A DNA stretch of 59,665 bases, filler included, from Sphacelaria rigidula (taxonomy: Eukaryota), in the NCBI GenBank assembly GCA_964200075.2. It is 7 parts of 7 records of this genome, joined end to end, with 100 filler letters (N's around TTAATTAATTAA, not from the genome) between each part and the next. Parts side by side here need not be neighbours in the genome. Positions count along the whole stretch, not along the records: positions 34,155 to 42,591 come from CAXNAA020011131.1; positions 42,692 to 51,128 come from CAXNAA020011132.1; 5 more parts are not named here. One strand, written 5' to 3'. Of the stretch, positions 35,179 through 47,034 are shown piece after piece. The notes below the pieces were generated by a model. The model was given only the letters and a program-made list of their open reading frames with translations. It was not told where the DNA came from and did not search any database. The position numbers were made by a program, and so were the translations under genes. The number at the start of each line of letters is the position of its first letter. The first letter of the stretch is position 1.

Positions 35179-37861
35179 CCGCTCCGGCCACGATAAAGTT
35201 CATCATCACGTCGGAGTTGTACGCTACAAAGTATCGCACCGTGGGACTCGGCAGCGCCAGCCTGTGGACGCGCATCGGAGGTGCGTTGTGTCTTTTTTGG
35301 TTCGTGGTCTACCTGCGGATGCTGTGTTTTCCTCCAGCCTTGCTTTTTTTATGTTGCATCGAATTTTTATTCGAAGTTCTGGAGGAAGTGATCGTGTGTG
35401 TTTGAAGTGATGTACAGGTGTGGCTGACGCCAGATAAATTTTGTAGTGTGTTCCTGTATTCTACGGTCTTAGTTGTGGATGAAACAGTTCCAAGGATGAA
35501 GGATCACAGCTTACCGTGATACCGCCGCCTTTCCCGGAGAAGCCGGCAGGCGAACCAATGCCTATGCACTCCTTGAATAATCTGAACGCTGATTCGTGAC
35601 GTAACACACACATCGAAGAAATGAGTATCAATTGATGCTTCAAGATGTCAAGGCCGCCATAGCATGCCCAACATGGATGCCGTACTGTGATGTTTCCACA
35701 GAATGTGCCTGCTCGCCCCCTCTCCCCCGCCACCCTCCCACCCCCCGTCATGTTTTGTTTTGGAGGTTTCATCGCGCCTCTTGTATCGGAAGTGTTGTTC
35801 GACAGAGTGGGACCCGCAGCACCTCTCGTGGTCTTCGCTCCCATGCTGTTCATCATGGGTTTCTTTGCAGGTGAGCGAAAATGTGCGTTTCCAAGGTGAA
35901 GAATGAGGAGCATCGAATACACACGCGGTCATTTGGCTACCCCCATAATTCCTCCAGCACGGTAAACGTTTCGAGCCTCCAGAGGAATTCAACGTCTTCG
36001 GAGGGTGTGCGGCCCTCCAGAGGAATATTTTTTAGCTTCCTTCAGGGCGATTGAACGCCCCTGGAGGATTGTTCTGCCTCTGGGGGGCCACGCATCCCTC
36101 CGGAGGCATTCTGCTATCCCAACATTCCTCCGGAGGGGTGCGGGGCCTTCCAGAGGGGTAGTGTTTGGTTTCCTCCAGTGTGGTTCAAGGCCTCCAGCGC
36201 TTGCAGAGGCCTTGAAGCCCTCCGGAGGCATTTTGGGGGAGTAGCCAAATGGCCGCGTGTGTAGAATCGCTTGTCCTCACAGTCACGCAGCAAGTATCAT
36301 TTCCGCTGCCGTTCAAATCTGTCACGGTTTCGCTAGCTCGGTGCATTCTGCATGGTTCGGCTTTCACGTGCATCGTGGTGCCTCGCTGCCATGTGTCATT
36401 CTACCGCATCCGTCGACCAAGTTAGGGGGGTGATGTCTCCACGAGTTTTTTCGCGTTCGTATATCGTTTGATGGCGTGCTCTATGGACACAAATTGCACA
36501 GTACCTGAGATCGAATAACGACAGTTGAACAACTCTTGAGCAGTGCACTTGCAAAAGCCAAGAGACAATTGCCCAAGATGGGGTATAACAGAGAGTTTGG
36601 CGACTGTTGACCACCTGCAAGGCCCACGAAGCAGGTACCCTAGACGGGGCACAGACTTTGAAATCTCTCAAGCAGTTGCAAAATTCATCTACTAGCGCCT
36701 TCGGTGGTTCAAACGTACCTCTATTTTGGCATCCCGACCCTGCTGCTCGTGGTGATGGTGGTGGTGATTGAAGCACCGTCGACTCTCCAACGTTACTGGG
36801 GCCTCTTGGTAACTCTTACGAGAAGTGAACTCATGATCGTGCATGCCATAGTCACAAGACCATTGACCTCGTGGGGGCGAGTTTCCATCTCGACTTGTTC
36901 CCCTTCAGCTCCAGGTTCTACACCTGAACACGTTCGCTGTGCGAGGCGCGCTGATGTTGTGTTGGTCCTCTTTCATGGTGCAATGTTCGGCACCATGCTC
37001 TAGCACCCGTACTGTCACCATGTTTGTTGACGATTTTCATGGATGGCTCCAGCCGCTCGCTCGCTTCCCGTTTTTTTTCCCGTTTTTCGCCGACCGTGAC
37101 TTGGAATGCCATAACAGAAACTCACGACTTGGAGTGTCGTGATAGAAGATGGAAATCCCGAGGCTAACACAGCCTAATTCTCGCACAGTATTGCCAGGTT
37201 CTTTGTCGGCTAGACGAAATAGACTGCCGTTGTCCATAGCTTTCTTAGTCTCTCGTTTGCTGCGCTCTTCCGCGCATACCAGGCCGCCACTATAAGACCA
37301 GTAGACGACGGTAGCTTAAAAGTAACTGGGCAGGGCGAGAGAGGGGGTAGGCTGTGCTGCAACCCGGAGAGGACGCCTCATGAACAGTAGCTAGGAGACT
37401 GAAATGTCCCCCACTGGCAGGTGGAACACACTGCAACATCCTTCATAGCGGCTGAAGATCTCGCACAACGGTTTACGCTCCTGCGTAGGCAGGTATATGT
37501 GGTGAGAAGCCAGTACCGCCTCTGAGCCTTATGGCCGTGCTGTAGTGTATACCGTATTACACTGATGTGTTCACATACCGTACTACATGATCTTGGAACA
37601 GGCATGATTCCTGTAGAGACTGCCGGAATTCAACTAGACGACGACAGTTGGGACAAGCGGGACAACAACCAAGGTGGAAACGCGCCAGGCACCAGCGACG
37701 AGCGTGAACCAGAACGCGAAGGAGCTGCGGGGGAAAGCTATTCCTCTAGCCCTTCCTTGGGCTCGCACACCGAGCGTGAACCAGAACGCGAAGGATCTGC
37801 GGGGGAAAGCTATTCCTCTAGCCCTTCCTTGGGCTCGCACACCAAGTACACCTTGGTTTAA
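35179..37861 (+). CDS. Last three exons of an MFS transporter (SVOP/organic cation transporter-like); exons 35179-35280, 35766-35870, 37602-37861; 5'-incomplete
   Basis: The spliced peptide APATIKFIITSELYATKYRTVGLGSASLWTRIGGFIAPLVSEVLFDRVGPAAPLVVFAPMLFIMGFFAGMIPVETAGIQLDD carries the ELYPTxxRxxGxGxxSxxxRIG and PxETxG motifs of TM10-12 in this group. Introns are phase 1 and the TAA stop is at 37859-37861. Confidence 0.9.
35920..36261. mobile_element. TA-flanked MITE inside an intron of the MFS gene
   Basis: TA-CACACGCGGTCATTTGGCTAC ... GTAGCCAAATGGCCGCGTGTG-TA, with repeated internal CCTCCRGAGG palindromes. Confidence 0.85.
37700..37843 (+). repeat. 72-bp in-frame tandem duplication in the terminal exon
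   Basis: Units 37700-37771 and 37772-37843 differ by one base (GCT/TCT). Confidence 0.95.
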
Positions 37862-38726
37862 ACACTGTATGTCGACTTCTGCATCATGGGTACCAAAGAT
37901 GTGGTTGCGTCAGAGAGTGAACTTCAAGCTTTCAAAGTCCGTCGGAATATCGATTGGCATAGAAACGATAAAGTTGGACATTCATCCCGGGAGGGGTAGG
38001 AGCTAATCTCCGCATTATATGTTTTGAACGTTCTCGTATCATTGTGGCATGCTCAGGCGTCAAACAAGGTTACATTGATTGTTGAGTGACTGAATGTTGG
38101 TTGATGTATTTTGAATGTAGGCGTTATATCCTCCCTCAAGTGTTCCGAGTTTGAATGTGGCGTCCATAGTGAATGAGGTGGTGTTTCGTCTGTTCTTGTT
38201 CTTGTTTTACCACGTATCTGACTATTTTAGTAGGTGTCGCCGGTTCCGGTCAGCAGACGGTAGAGTTGGTCTATAGCATGGGGCACAATCGTTCCCGATG
38301 TATGGATTTATTCAACCATGTCGGAATGTTGGTTCTCCCGTGTTGGTTCTTGTCGACACGTGAGACAATAATAGTACCTGACCCTCTATAGAATATGAGT
38401 GCATCGTGTATAGACGCAGCTTTACATCGGTGAGATTTGGGTCGTTGTACACTAAGATTGGCCTCGTGAGCCCTGCAGAAATCGCGGCAATCGTATGTGC
38501 GGGTGTGACGTGTGTACGGTATCAGGTGAACTCATTTCGGTTCGACGACTTTCCGATTGTCTTGTGAGCATGGCATTTTATGCAGTGGGTTTTTGTGCGA
38601 GCATGGCGGGTTGGCAAAATGGATGGTAGGTCAGTGCGAAGTGATTGTTTGAATAGTGATTGTCGCACATTAGGCGATCCGCCACGAACTCAATCGTGGT
38701 CGCAGGGTAGACGTGCGTCTTTAGAA

Positions 38727-39042
38727 TGTTTCACCCCATTTATACTGGGCGCCTACACGTTCCGTTGTGTGTGGGAGCACCAGCTGGGGTCACACCAGAG
38801 CAGTTTTTTTTTTTAAATCTTTCTTCTGCGGTGCTTGCCTTGATTTCATCGCGGAAAAGGTGCGGCCATCCCTTCCCCTCGTCGACAGTTATATCGAATT
38901 CAGTTCACTCACGAAAGAATCGTTTTCCACTGTTGTGCATGTTGTGGCAATACCCGGTTCGCTTGACGTCACTAAGGATTAAACCTACGACCTAACCGTC
39001 AGGAGGTTTTCGAGGTTACCGAATGAACCACTGGGGCGGCCG
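38727..39042 (-). mobile_element. Diverged near full-length copy of the tRNA-headed SINE
   Basis: Shares TTCTGCGGTGCTTGCCTT, CCTCGTCGAC and GGGGTCACAC. The head reverse complement CGGCCGCCCCAGTGGTTCATTCGGT is A-box-like. Confidence 0.8.
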
Positions 39043-40700
39043 TCTTGTAACATACTCAAGGAAAATAAACGGAACACGTGTGAATAGCAGGGTAGTCCAC
39101 AAGTCTTCCAAGTGTCTACAACCGCTACGGGACCACATCTCCCTTGGAATAGTTCCCGATAATATCTTATGGACCCCTCCGCTCCGTTCCAGGAGTGTTC
39201 ATGTCTCCGGTATAGTTTCGGGAACGTTTCCTCTGGAACACTAGTCTGTCCCCTCGGGTCGTCGCCTGCCCTGTCCCCGGAGTAATAGTCATACTCCAAC
39301 TCGAGGCGGCATCTATCACGGTGCCCGAGACACCTCTCATCTCGACCCTAGGGTCTCCCTCCACACAAGAACAAACTGTGTAGTCACGTCCCACGCCCAA
39401 GTCCGTGGCTCCCGAGACTACCACTCCTGCACCTAGGGGTAGTCGTCTTACACGCGCCCATCGAAATTCGAAAACGAGGAAAGGAAGAAATGGGGAAAAC
39501 AAAACGGTGTTTGCGCAGACCAATTTTGGGTCAGGGCTTGGACTTTGTAATTTCCCCGAAGTCCAAAGTCAGTCTAAAGTCCGATGGTTGGGTTTCGCTC
39601 GGTTTGGACTTTAATAGGAGATGCTATGGGCCAGCAGGCGTGACGTGTAACGTGTAACCGTCCTCCCGACAACAAACATCACACCAGCCACCTCGCTGCT
39701 CGCGCAAACACCAGAGCACACGCCCAGAACATGAATAAACGGGTGATGGTGTGGCAGTAATGTTCGTTTGAAGTCAGCACAGCAACATATGCACAGAGAA
39801 ATAAGGTGTTGAGCACAATTTGACACAGACCGCGATTGATGTGACGTGTATCCGGTTTGGACAGGAGTTGTTGCAGACCAGGAGAATCATTTTGATCACA
39901 AGTTTGCACAAGTCATAAATTATATGGGCACACAACGTACTTTCACTCGTGGCCTGTCTTTGCCGCCTGTCTGACCCCTCTCATGTTGCCAACGTAGCTT
40001 CACACTGTGGTGTTGTTGTGGAATACTAAGCACAGACACCAGTAGCGTGTAGTAGACTGTGTTCAGTGCAGAACGATGTACGCTCACTCTTTCTTGCCGC
40101 TGAGCCCAGCGAATCTATATCGTAACATACAAGAATCTGATACATACTGACTTTGTCCGCACTTGAATGCGGGTGGGTGTAAACTCGTGAGGGTTTCTCC
40201 TGTCGTATTTTCTTCATATTTGCGGAGCATCAAGGTGAAATTTATACTCTCCTTAAAATTGAGGATATATACATATATATATATATACATATTGACGATG
40301 AAGCTTCGAAACCTTGATATGCATCGAAATGTTTTCGAAATTAAAATACGAATGTACTCTCCGGCTGTGATGAGGTGGCGTCGCTCATCCTAGAAACAAA
40401 AATCAACCCTAATCTGTGGAATCCCGTGCTCCTCAGGGATTCCGACAAATAGGATGGGTTTCTGATACCGGCGTGACCGGAGGGAGAAGTTCTTGTGAAA
40501 ACAAATCGGATTTCACAAATCAAAGGTGGATTGTTATTAAGGATGAGCGAGGCCGAACATCATAGTCAAAATCGTTGACGATCGCGGGCGCTTCACAACA
40601 GCGTCTTGTAGGACGGGTAACACTGCACAACCTCCTGCTGCTGGAGGCACAGTGCATGCACGCGATACATAAATATGGCAACGTTGACCACCAATAGTAC

Positions 40701-40827
40701 CTCCTTCGTTGCAGCGTAGATGATCACAGCAGTCTTGTGGGGCATGGCCTCTCCGTACGTCTCACTAAAGTAGTCCAGCCATGACAAAATGCTCTCTTTC
40801 TTGCCGTCGGGTTTACGTCGGCAGTCC
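40701..40827 (-). pseudogene. Exon-like fragment of a putative DNA-transposon transposase
   Basis: CTGCAG acceptor and GAG|GTACTA donor bound DCRRKPDGKKESILSWLDYFSETYGEAMPHKTAVIIYAATKE. The WLxxF...G(D/E)xMP...TK pattern resembles, from recollection only, the N-terminal region of Sola/DUF7869-type transposase-like proteins. Confidence 0.4.
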
Positions 40828-41555
40828 CTGCAGCACATGTACGCACATGATACAGAGCGCAACGGGGCGGAGAGGCGCAGGTGCGGGATGGTCCTCCTCT
40901 ACATCAACCATGGGTATCCGATTATATCTTCTCCGCTTTGCGATACTGTTATCCTTGTATCGCGCTGACTGCATCCTGTAACGATGCATCCCGATCAAGA
41001 ACATGGGTAAGCGAAATGTTTGGGTCCCACGTACAAAACCAATTTGGGGGATTTTCGGCGATCTGATCGAGTTGTCTAATTTCAAGAAGTTTTCTTCACG
41101 TAGGACCTAACATGTCGGTCATCAGGATCAATATTCGTACGCCTTGCAGTAGCTGTCAACAGCTACCAGCAGTTGAAGGAGTGGATCTATAACTCGAAGA
41201 TTTGGTGTGGATACGAATATTTCCATCGTCCGGGTTATCATCCTGATCCGCAGTAAGACACGACTACATGAGCGAGCCATTGCAAACCCGCATGTGAATA
41301 TCAAAGCTGCGAACGCCCAATGCGTCGTCTTGTCCTCCTCCAGAACATGCGGAGTGAGGGAAAACAGCCACGGCGAGGGCGCAAACAAAACGTGCATAAT
41401 GCGCGAATAATTCGCGACAATAAGATGCATTAAGTGGCGCATCGTTTCCAAAGTTGAGAATAAAATGAAAAAATACCGACACGTGATTCCACAAAACAAC
41501 GGAGAACGCACAAACGAGTACATGGGGCTGGTTTGTTGTGAAACGGAAAGTCCTT

Positions 41556-41982
41556 AACACGGGATCTTACAAATTGGGGATGGATCATTTATTGGCGATG
41601 AGAAATCCGGAGACTTAAAATATTTGTATCCACACCAAATCTTCGAAATATGGTTCCATTTCTTCACCTACTGATAGCCATTGGCGACTGCTACATGCCA
41701 TAGAAATTTGGATTTCGATCACCGACATGTTGGGGTCCTCGGTAAAAAAACAGTTTTGTGAAATTCCGGGTGTCCGAACGGACACCACAATGGTTCCCAG
41801 GACCCCAACACCTCGGTGATCGAAATCCAAATTTGTATGGTGTGTAGCAGTTGTCAATAGCTATCAGTAGGTGAAGAAATGGAACCATAACTCGAAGATT
41901 TGGTGTGGATACGGTATTTTTTATTCTCCGGGTTTCTTATCCCCAATGAAAGATCCATCCCTAATTTGTAAGATCCCGTGTT
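41556..41982. mobile_element. Foldback/MITE (427 bp) with AACAC termini, long TIRs and a 4-bp TSD (CCTT)
   Basis: CCTT-AACACGGGATCTTACAAATT ... AATTTGTAAGATCCCGTGTT-CCTT. The arms pair over roughly 180 bp. A partial copy lies at ~41010-41225. Confidence 0.88.
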
Positions 41983-42691
41983 CCTTCCTGTCCACTCCGA
42001 CCCTATGGCAACTACGTTTAAAAGTCTGGACGGAGCGAAACAAAAGAACCGGACACTGGTGTCTGGGGAAATAAGGCGACTTTTTCGTGGCAGCTGAAAA
42101 ATATATAAGTTGAAAGAGAAGAAGGAACATAAGAGGGGGAAAATACTGCACCTCGAACGCGTCAAACATCGTAAGAGCTCAACAGAGGAAATTTGATTCA
42201 CTGCCGTGTGCTTACAGCCACACGTCGATATCCTACTCTGTTGAGGTGAACAGCCTTTTCAGTGTAGTCTACAGTACTGATCAGCCACGGTACGGAGGTA
42301 TCCGTCTTCACGGGTTCTGACAGTTACATGCGGTGGGATTTGATACCGTAGTTGGCGTATGTCTTGTACTTACGTACGCAATGTTTGCTGGTCATGGTGT
42401 TGGGGTAGCCACACTCAGCCACTTCATTCTCCTCCTTCTTTTCCTTCCTTGTCTTGCTTAGTCGAGCTATGTAATACTACTCTTCTACATCAACATGATC
42501 GGCTCAGTCGTGTCCTTTGATCGACTTCATCAGTCGTGTCCAGCTGTCCCTGTTTATGGATCACGTGTCAAGGAACATACTCAGGGATATCNNNNNNNNN
42601 NNNNNNNNNNNNNNNNNNNNNNNNNNNNNNNNNNNTTAATTAATTAANNNNNNNNNNNNNNNNNNNNNNNNNNNNNNNNNNNNNNNNNNNN

Positions 42692-42760
42692 CAACTCTAA
42701 ATGTATAAAAGAGCATGGGCCTGCAAACTTCAAATCCGCCTCTAGGCTGGCCCAGCTCGT
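42692..42760 (-). mobile_element. Terminus of the CGAGCTGGGCCAGCC family at contig start
   Basis: GGGCCTGCAAACTTCAAATCCGCCTCTAGGCTGGCCCAGCTCG-TA. Confidence 0.75.
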
Positions 42761-43254
42761 AACGCTTAAGAGTTGTTTCGCCATGTTGGCGCCTTGGAAG
42801 GGCATGTCCCGTCTCTGTAGCTTCAACCATGCTCTCTCATCCCCCCACACGGATATCCAGATGCATCACTCCATCAGTAGCCTTTACCGTTTTGTCGTAG
42901 TTATTATACTGTGTACAGAGACTCGTTTGCAAGACCGACCGCATATTATTACCGACCGGCAATCACCGTAGAGTATGATACGTGTCGTGCAGTATCGCAC
43001 CGTATGACAACAGACTGTATTGTAGTGTAGGCAGCTTCACGAAGATACAGCCGTCATGATACAGGATATGTTTAGTACGGTATCGCATCATATGACAACA
43101 GACTGTTAAAGTGTACGCTACTTCACCAAGATGCAGCTGATTGATACCTGTGCGTAGCCCGCGCTACACGGGCTGGTAGCTGGAGCTCTGGAAGGTTAGC
43201 ACAGAGCAGGTGCAGGCGCGGGTAGTGCGTTCCGCGCTGACCTAGCGAGCGACC

Positions 43255-44680
43255 ATGAGCAGCACCCACCGTACTTCTGCTGCACCTGGCGCAATTAGTC
43301 CGTCATGGACATCTTCGAAAACAAGAACCCTTCCGCCAACTCGCCAGCTGGTGGCCGCACTTGCATGTGCAGCTGCAAGGTCGCGACCAATTTCATCGCG
43401 CACGGCGGCTCCAGCTACAGCCGTCGTTCTAACACAGTCACTAATGTCTATGCCTGGTGTATAACACGGGATTTTACAAATAATTGGGGATGGATTTTTT
43501 GTTTAGGATGAATCCCCGGAGAAATAAAATCTTCGTATATCCACACCAAATCGTCGAAATATAGGTCAACTCCTTCACCTACTGGTAGCTATGGACAACT
43601 ACGACACACCATACAAATTTGGAACCTGATAATCGACATGTTGGGGTCCTAGGTGAAAAAACAATTTTGGGCAATTTAGATGATCCGATCAGATCGCCGA
43701 AATTCCCCGAAATTAGTTTTACACCTGGGACCCCAACATTTCGGTCATCGAAATCCTAATTCGTATGGTGTGTAGTAGTTGTCAATAGCAACTAGTAAGT
43801 GAAGAAATGGAGTCATATCCGAACATTTGGTGTGGATACGAAGATTTTTATTATCCGGGTTTCTTATCCTCAATAAAAGACTCAATTCTCACTTTGTGAA
43901 ATCCCATGTTGTGTGGTCTGCCGAGACGGTAAGACCGGCTTCTCGTCGAGGTACGTCACCCCGACAAGGGAGTAAAAGTGCGTCGGCGACAGACGGTGGA
44001 GGCTCGCCTTGGCGAGCGACTGCAGGAGACGCTCGAATAGGCGTTGGGTTGGCGCCGGTGGCAGGTGGTGTAGATTCATTTGGGCCAGGGCTGGCGGAAC
44101 GCGACCGAGGTGTGGTTGGGCAGGCGCCGGTGATGATTAGCAACGACTTGTTCGGTCGAGCGTCGGCGGGGGGCGGCCGAGTGCCGGCGGGAGTCGGCCA
44201 GCGTTGGTTTGGGCGGGCGCAGCTAGCACATGAGAGAGACTCACGTGAGAGAGACTCGCTCGGCCGAGCGCCGGCAGGAGGTGGCCGAGAAGGAAGTGGG
44301 CGGGCACCGGTGACAGTTGGGACGGACTCGTTCGGCCGAGCGTCCGCGGGGGGTGGCCGAGCGCCGGCGGGATGACACGCACCCGTGACACTTGGCAGGC
44401 ATTCGTGCAGTCGCGGGAGCCGGCCGAAGTTAGTCTAGGCGGGCCCCGCTGGCAGGTCGAGGTGTGGGGAGGCAGGCTCCGCTGGCAGGCGGGAGAGACT
44501 CGCTCGACCGAGCGCGGGCGGGAGGCGGCCCAGAAGGGACTGGGCGGGCGCCGCTTGCAGGTGGCGGAGACTAAATTGGACGAGCGCCGACGGGACGTCG
44601 TCGAGCGACTGCTGCGCGGCGCATCCCAGGTAGAGGTGGTCAAGGCAGACGCAGCGAAGTAGCAGCTTGAAATATTCACT
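43255..44680 (+). pseudogene. Disrupted GC-rich ORF with degenerate Gly/Arg/Ala-rich ~13-aa repeats (DSFGRAPAGGGR-like), interrupted by a MITE
   Basis: 43255-43462 joins in frame to 43915-44375 if the MITE and one TSD are removed. The repeat motif continues past TGA 44373 with frameshifts and stops to ~44680. Confidence 0.45.
43463..43910. mobile_element. Second AACAC foldback/MITE (448 bp)
   Basis: GTAT-AACACGGGATTTTACAAA ... TTTGTGAAATCCCATGTT-GTGT, collinear with 41556-41982. Confidence 0.85.
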
Positions 44681-45517
44681 GCTCTATATGCCACCGCGAG
44701 GGCAACTCCGTAGTGTTCGTGATGGGAACGCGAAGGAAATTCTTGCCTTGGCAACGACAAGTGCGGGCGATGGGCTTGCAGCGGTTGCTATAAGAGTTTT
44801 GACCGTGACCTCGACGCCAAGTGCTGCCGATGCGACAAGAACATAGGCCAGTTTTGCGAATGCCAAAAGTGAGTCCGTGACTGGTGAAGTGCAATTTCCT
44901 CCCATAAAATATCGCTGATCCTTGTGGTTCGGCAGAGTGTTACCGTGTGAGTACATGTGTGCGATGTATCGGTGTTAGGTTTAGCCTGATTTCCGAGTGG
45001 AATAGCTCTAGGCGACCGAAGGAGAGGACGGTGGATACGACACAAATGAACCGAAAACTCTGAAAACGACCGTGTAGTGAACATTTCAGAATCGAAGCAA
45101 ACGTTTTTTACCGTACTCATAGATGTGCAACCTCTTGTCTGGTACCACAAAAAATATGCAGCAAACAGGTTTTCAGGCTTTTCAGCGGAATACTGATGTG
45201 GGGTGATGAAGTTTGTACGTTTTGCCACGCCATACCCTCCGAGCCCCTCCACCCACGCGCCCCCATATTTTTCAGTTCGGGAGGTAGCATTTCGTAAGCC
45301 TGGCGTCTGTTGACATTGCTATTTTTGGACTGATGAACGTTCTCGTGCTGCCGCACAATGTATGCTTTTCCTAATCACCCTCGTGTAGTCGTCACTTTAT
45401 GCTCTTAATCTCACCGAAAGCAGTGCTCGCTTTGTAGATATTATGCCCCGATTCTGATAGCTTTCAAGAAAAAAGAAAGGTCGATTCATGCTAGGTTGTT
45501 GGATGTGGTACTCGATA

Positions 45518-45930
45518 CGAGTTGGGCCAGCCTAGAAGCGGATTTGTAGTTTGTAGGTCCATTCGCAGCTTACTATTTCACGTCGGACCTTAAAAATTGG
45601 TATGGACAATGCATAGGCTTCGATCAAAAAGACGTATGCGTGGACCCGAAGCATTTTCTCCATGAATTAACAGCATTTTACTGAACCTGAAAACTGGTTA
45701 TTGTCTTCAACTAAGAAAGATAAACAAGAATTAGGGTCCATGCATGCGTTTTTGTATCATGACCTATTCGTTGTCCATGCCACATCTGAAGGTTTAACTA
45801 AAACAATTGAGCTGCGGATGGGCGGTTTAAAAACCGGGCCGATCGAAATTCGGAACAGTATATTGCGGGCCACTCACCGACCCAGGTTTGGTCTTTGTGT
45901 GTTGGAATTTTGTGTGGGACCTCGCTAGGA
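45518..45930 (+). mobile_element. Diverged CGAG(C/T)TGGGCCAGCC family element with a decayed hairpin
   Basis: TA-CGAGTTGGGCCAGCCTAGAAGCGGATTTG and TTGGTATGGACAATG ... TTGTCCATGCCA. 45830-45930 matches 32640-32740 and 30880-30960. Confidence 0.65.
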
Positions 45931-45950
45931 CATGAAGCAAGAAAAAACAA

Positions 45951-46360
45951 TGGGTTCTCGGAATTGGGGTTGAAACAAAAAATGATGTTCAACCCAAAAG
46001 CCGTGCTTTCCCTGACCTAAATTTACGATAAATTAATTTCATATGGAGGACCCCATCCCTCCCGACCTGCCAAAAACTATTTCGGGGCATTTCTAGCCTT
46101 CCGTTCCCCCAAAGGGTATGCACGAAGCACGATTGTCGGGCCAAAAAATGTCATTTTTTCACCCCGAAATCGAGGCAAATGTGTACTTTCGCACATACCC
46201 TTTGGGAGAACGGAAGACTAGAAACCCCCCGATATCGTTTTAGGGAGATCGGGAAGGATTAGGCCGTCCATATGAAAGTCATTTGTCATGAATTTAGGTC
46301 AGGGAAAGCACGGCTTTTGAGTTGAACCTCATTTTTTTCAACCCCATTTTCGAGAATCCA
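45951..46360. repeat. 410-bp foldback palindrome
   Basis: Arm pairs include CAAAAGCCGTGCTTTCCCTGACCTAAATT with AATTTAGGTCAGGGAAAGCACGGCTTTTG, and CTTCCGTTCCCCCAAAGGGTATG with CATACCCTTTGGGAGAACGGAAG. Confidence 0.9.
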
Positions 46361-47034
46361 CTCTTGAGAGTGGGTCAGTTTTGTTTTTTATTGGTCTAGG
46401 ACGTTTGAGTATGGTAGAAACCGTCGTTTCCGAGAACGCCCTAACCTCCCTCCCAAAAAGAAGGTGGAGGCTTTTTTTTCTCAGGATGCAGTTGCCCTTC
46501 TCCATGTTCTTTAAAATCATAATTCGAGGGATCGAGTTAAAAAAGCTGAGGTAAGGTCCAAGAGCAACGTTTTTTTATCCTCAAAAGTCACCCGAAAAAA
46601 TGATTAAAAAAAAGTGAAAAAAAAAAATATGTGACGCAGGAGAATGAAAAGGATCGATCAGATGCCCTTCTCGGGTTGAACGTGTGTAGAGTGCGGTGAT
46701 AGTCCCCGAGACTCTACGCTAATCTCCCCCTCAAAAGTGCCTGGTTTTGGGAGGCAAAATCTTCACGTGAATCGAAACGGTAAAACCGAGCACAACGAGC
46801 AGCTGGGAACTCCCACGCCTGGGTTAGTTCTTGCTGATGTTACCCATGTAAATAAGCGAAACATCAGGCGCTGTATGATCATTTTTTTCGTGACACTTTT
46901 CGGTTGGTTTTGGGAGGGAGGGGGCTAATGTAGAAAGTGCCCTCCCTCTTTTCTTGACTCGGTGTGAATGTTTAGGATACTAGTGCACGTGGGCCGAGAC
47001 GACGTCGAAACGAGTGCCTTCGTTAGTGTTTTTT

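Noticed and set aside
38535..38590. Minus-strand CIKCHAHKT resembling an HNH nuclease C-terminus
   Set aside because: No upstream HNH motifs or sustained ORF, so it is probably chance.
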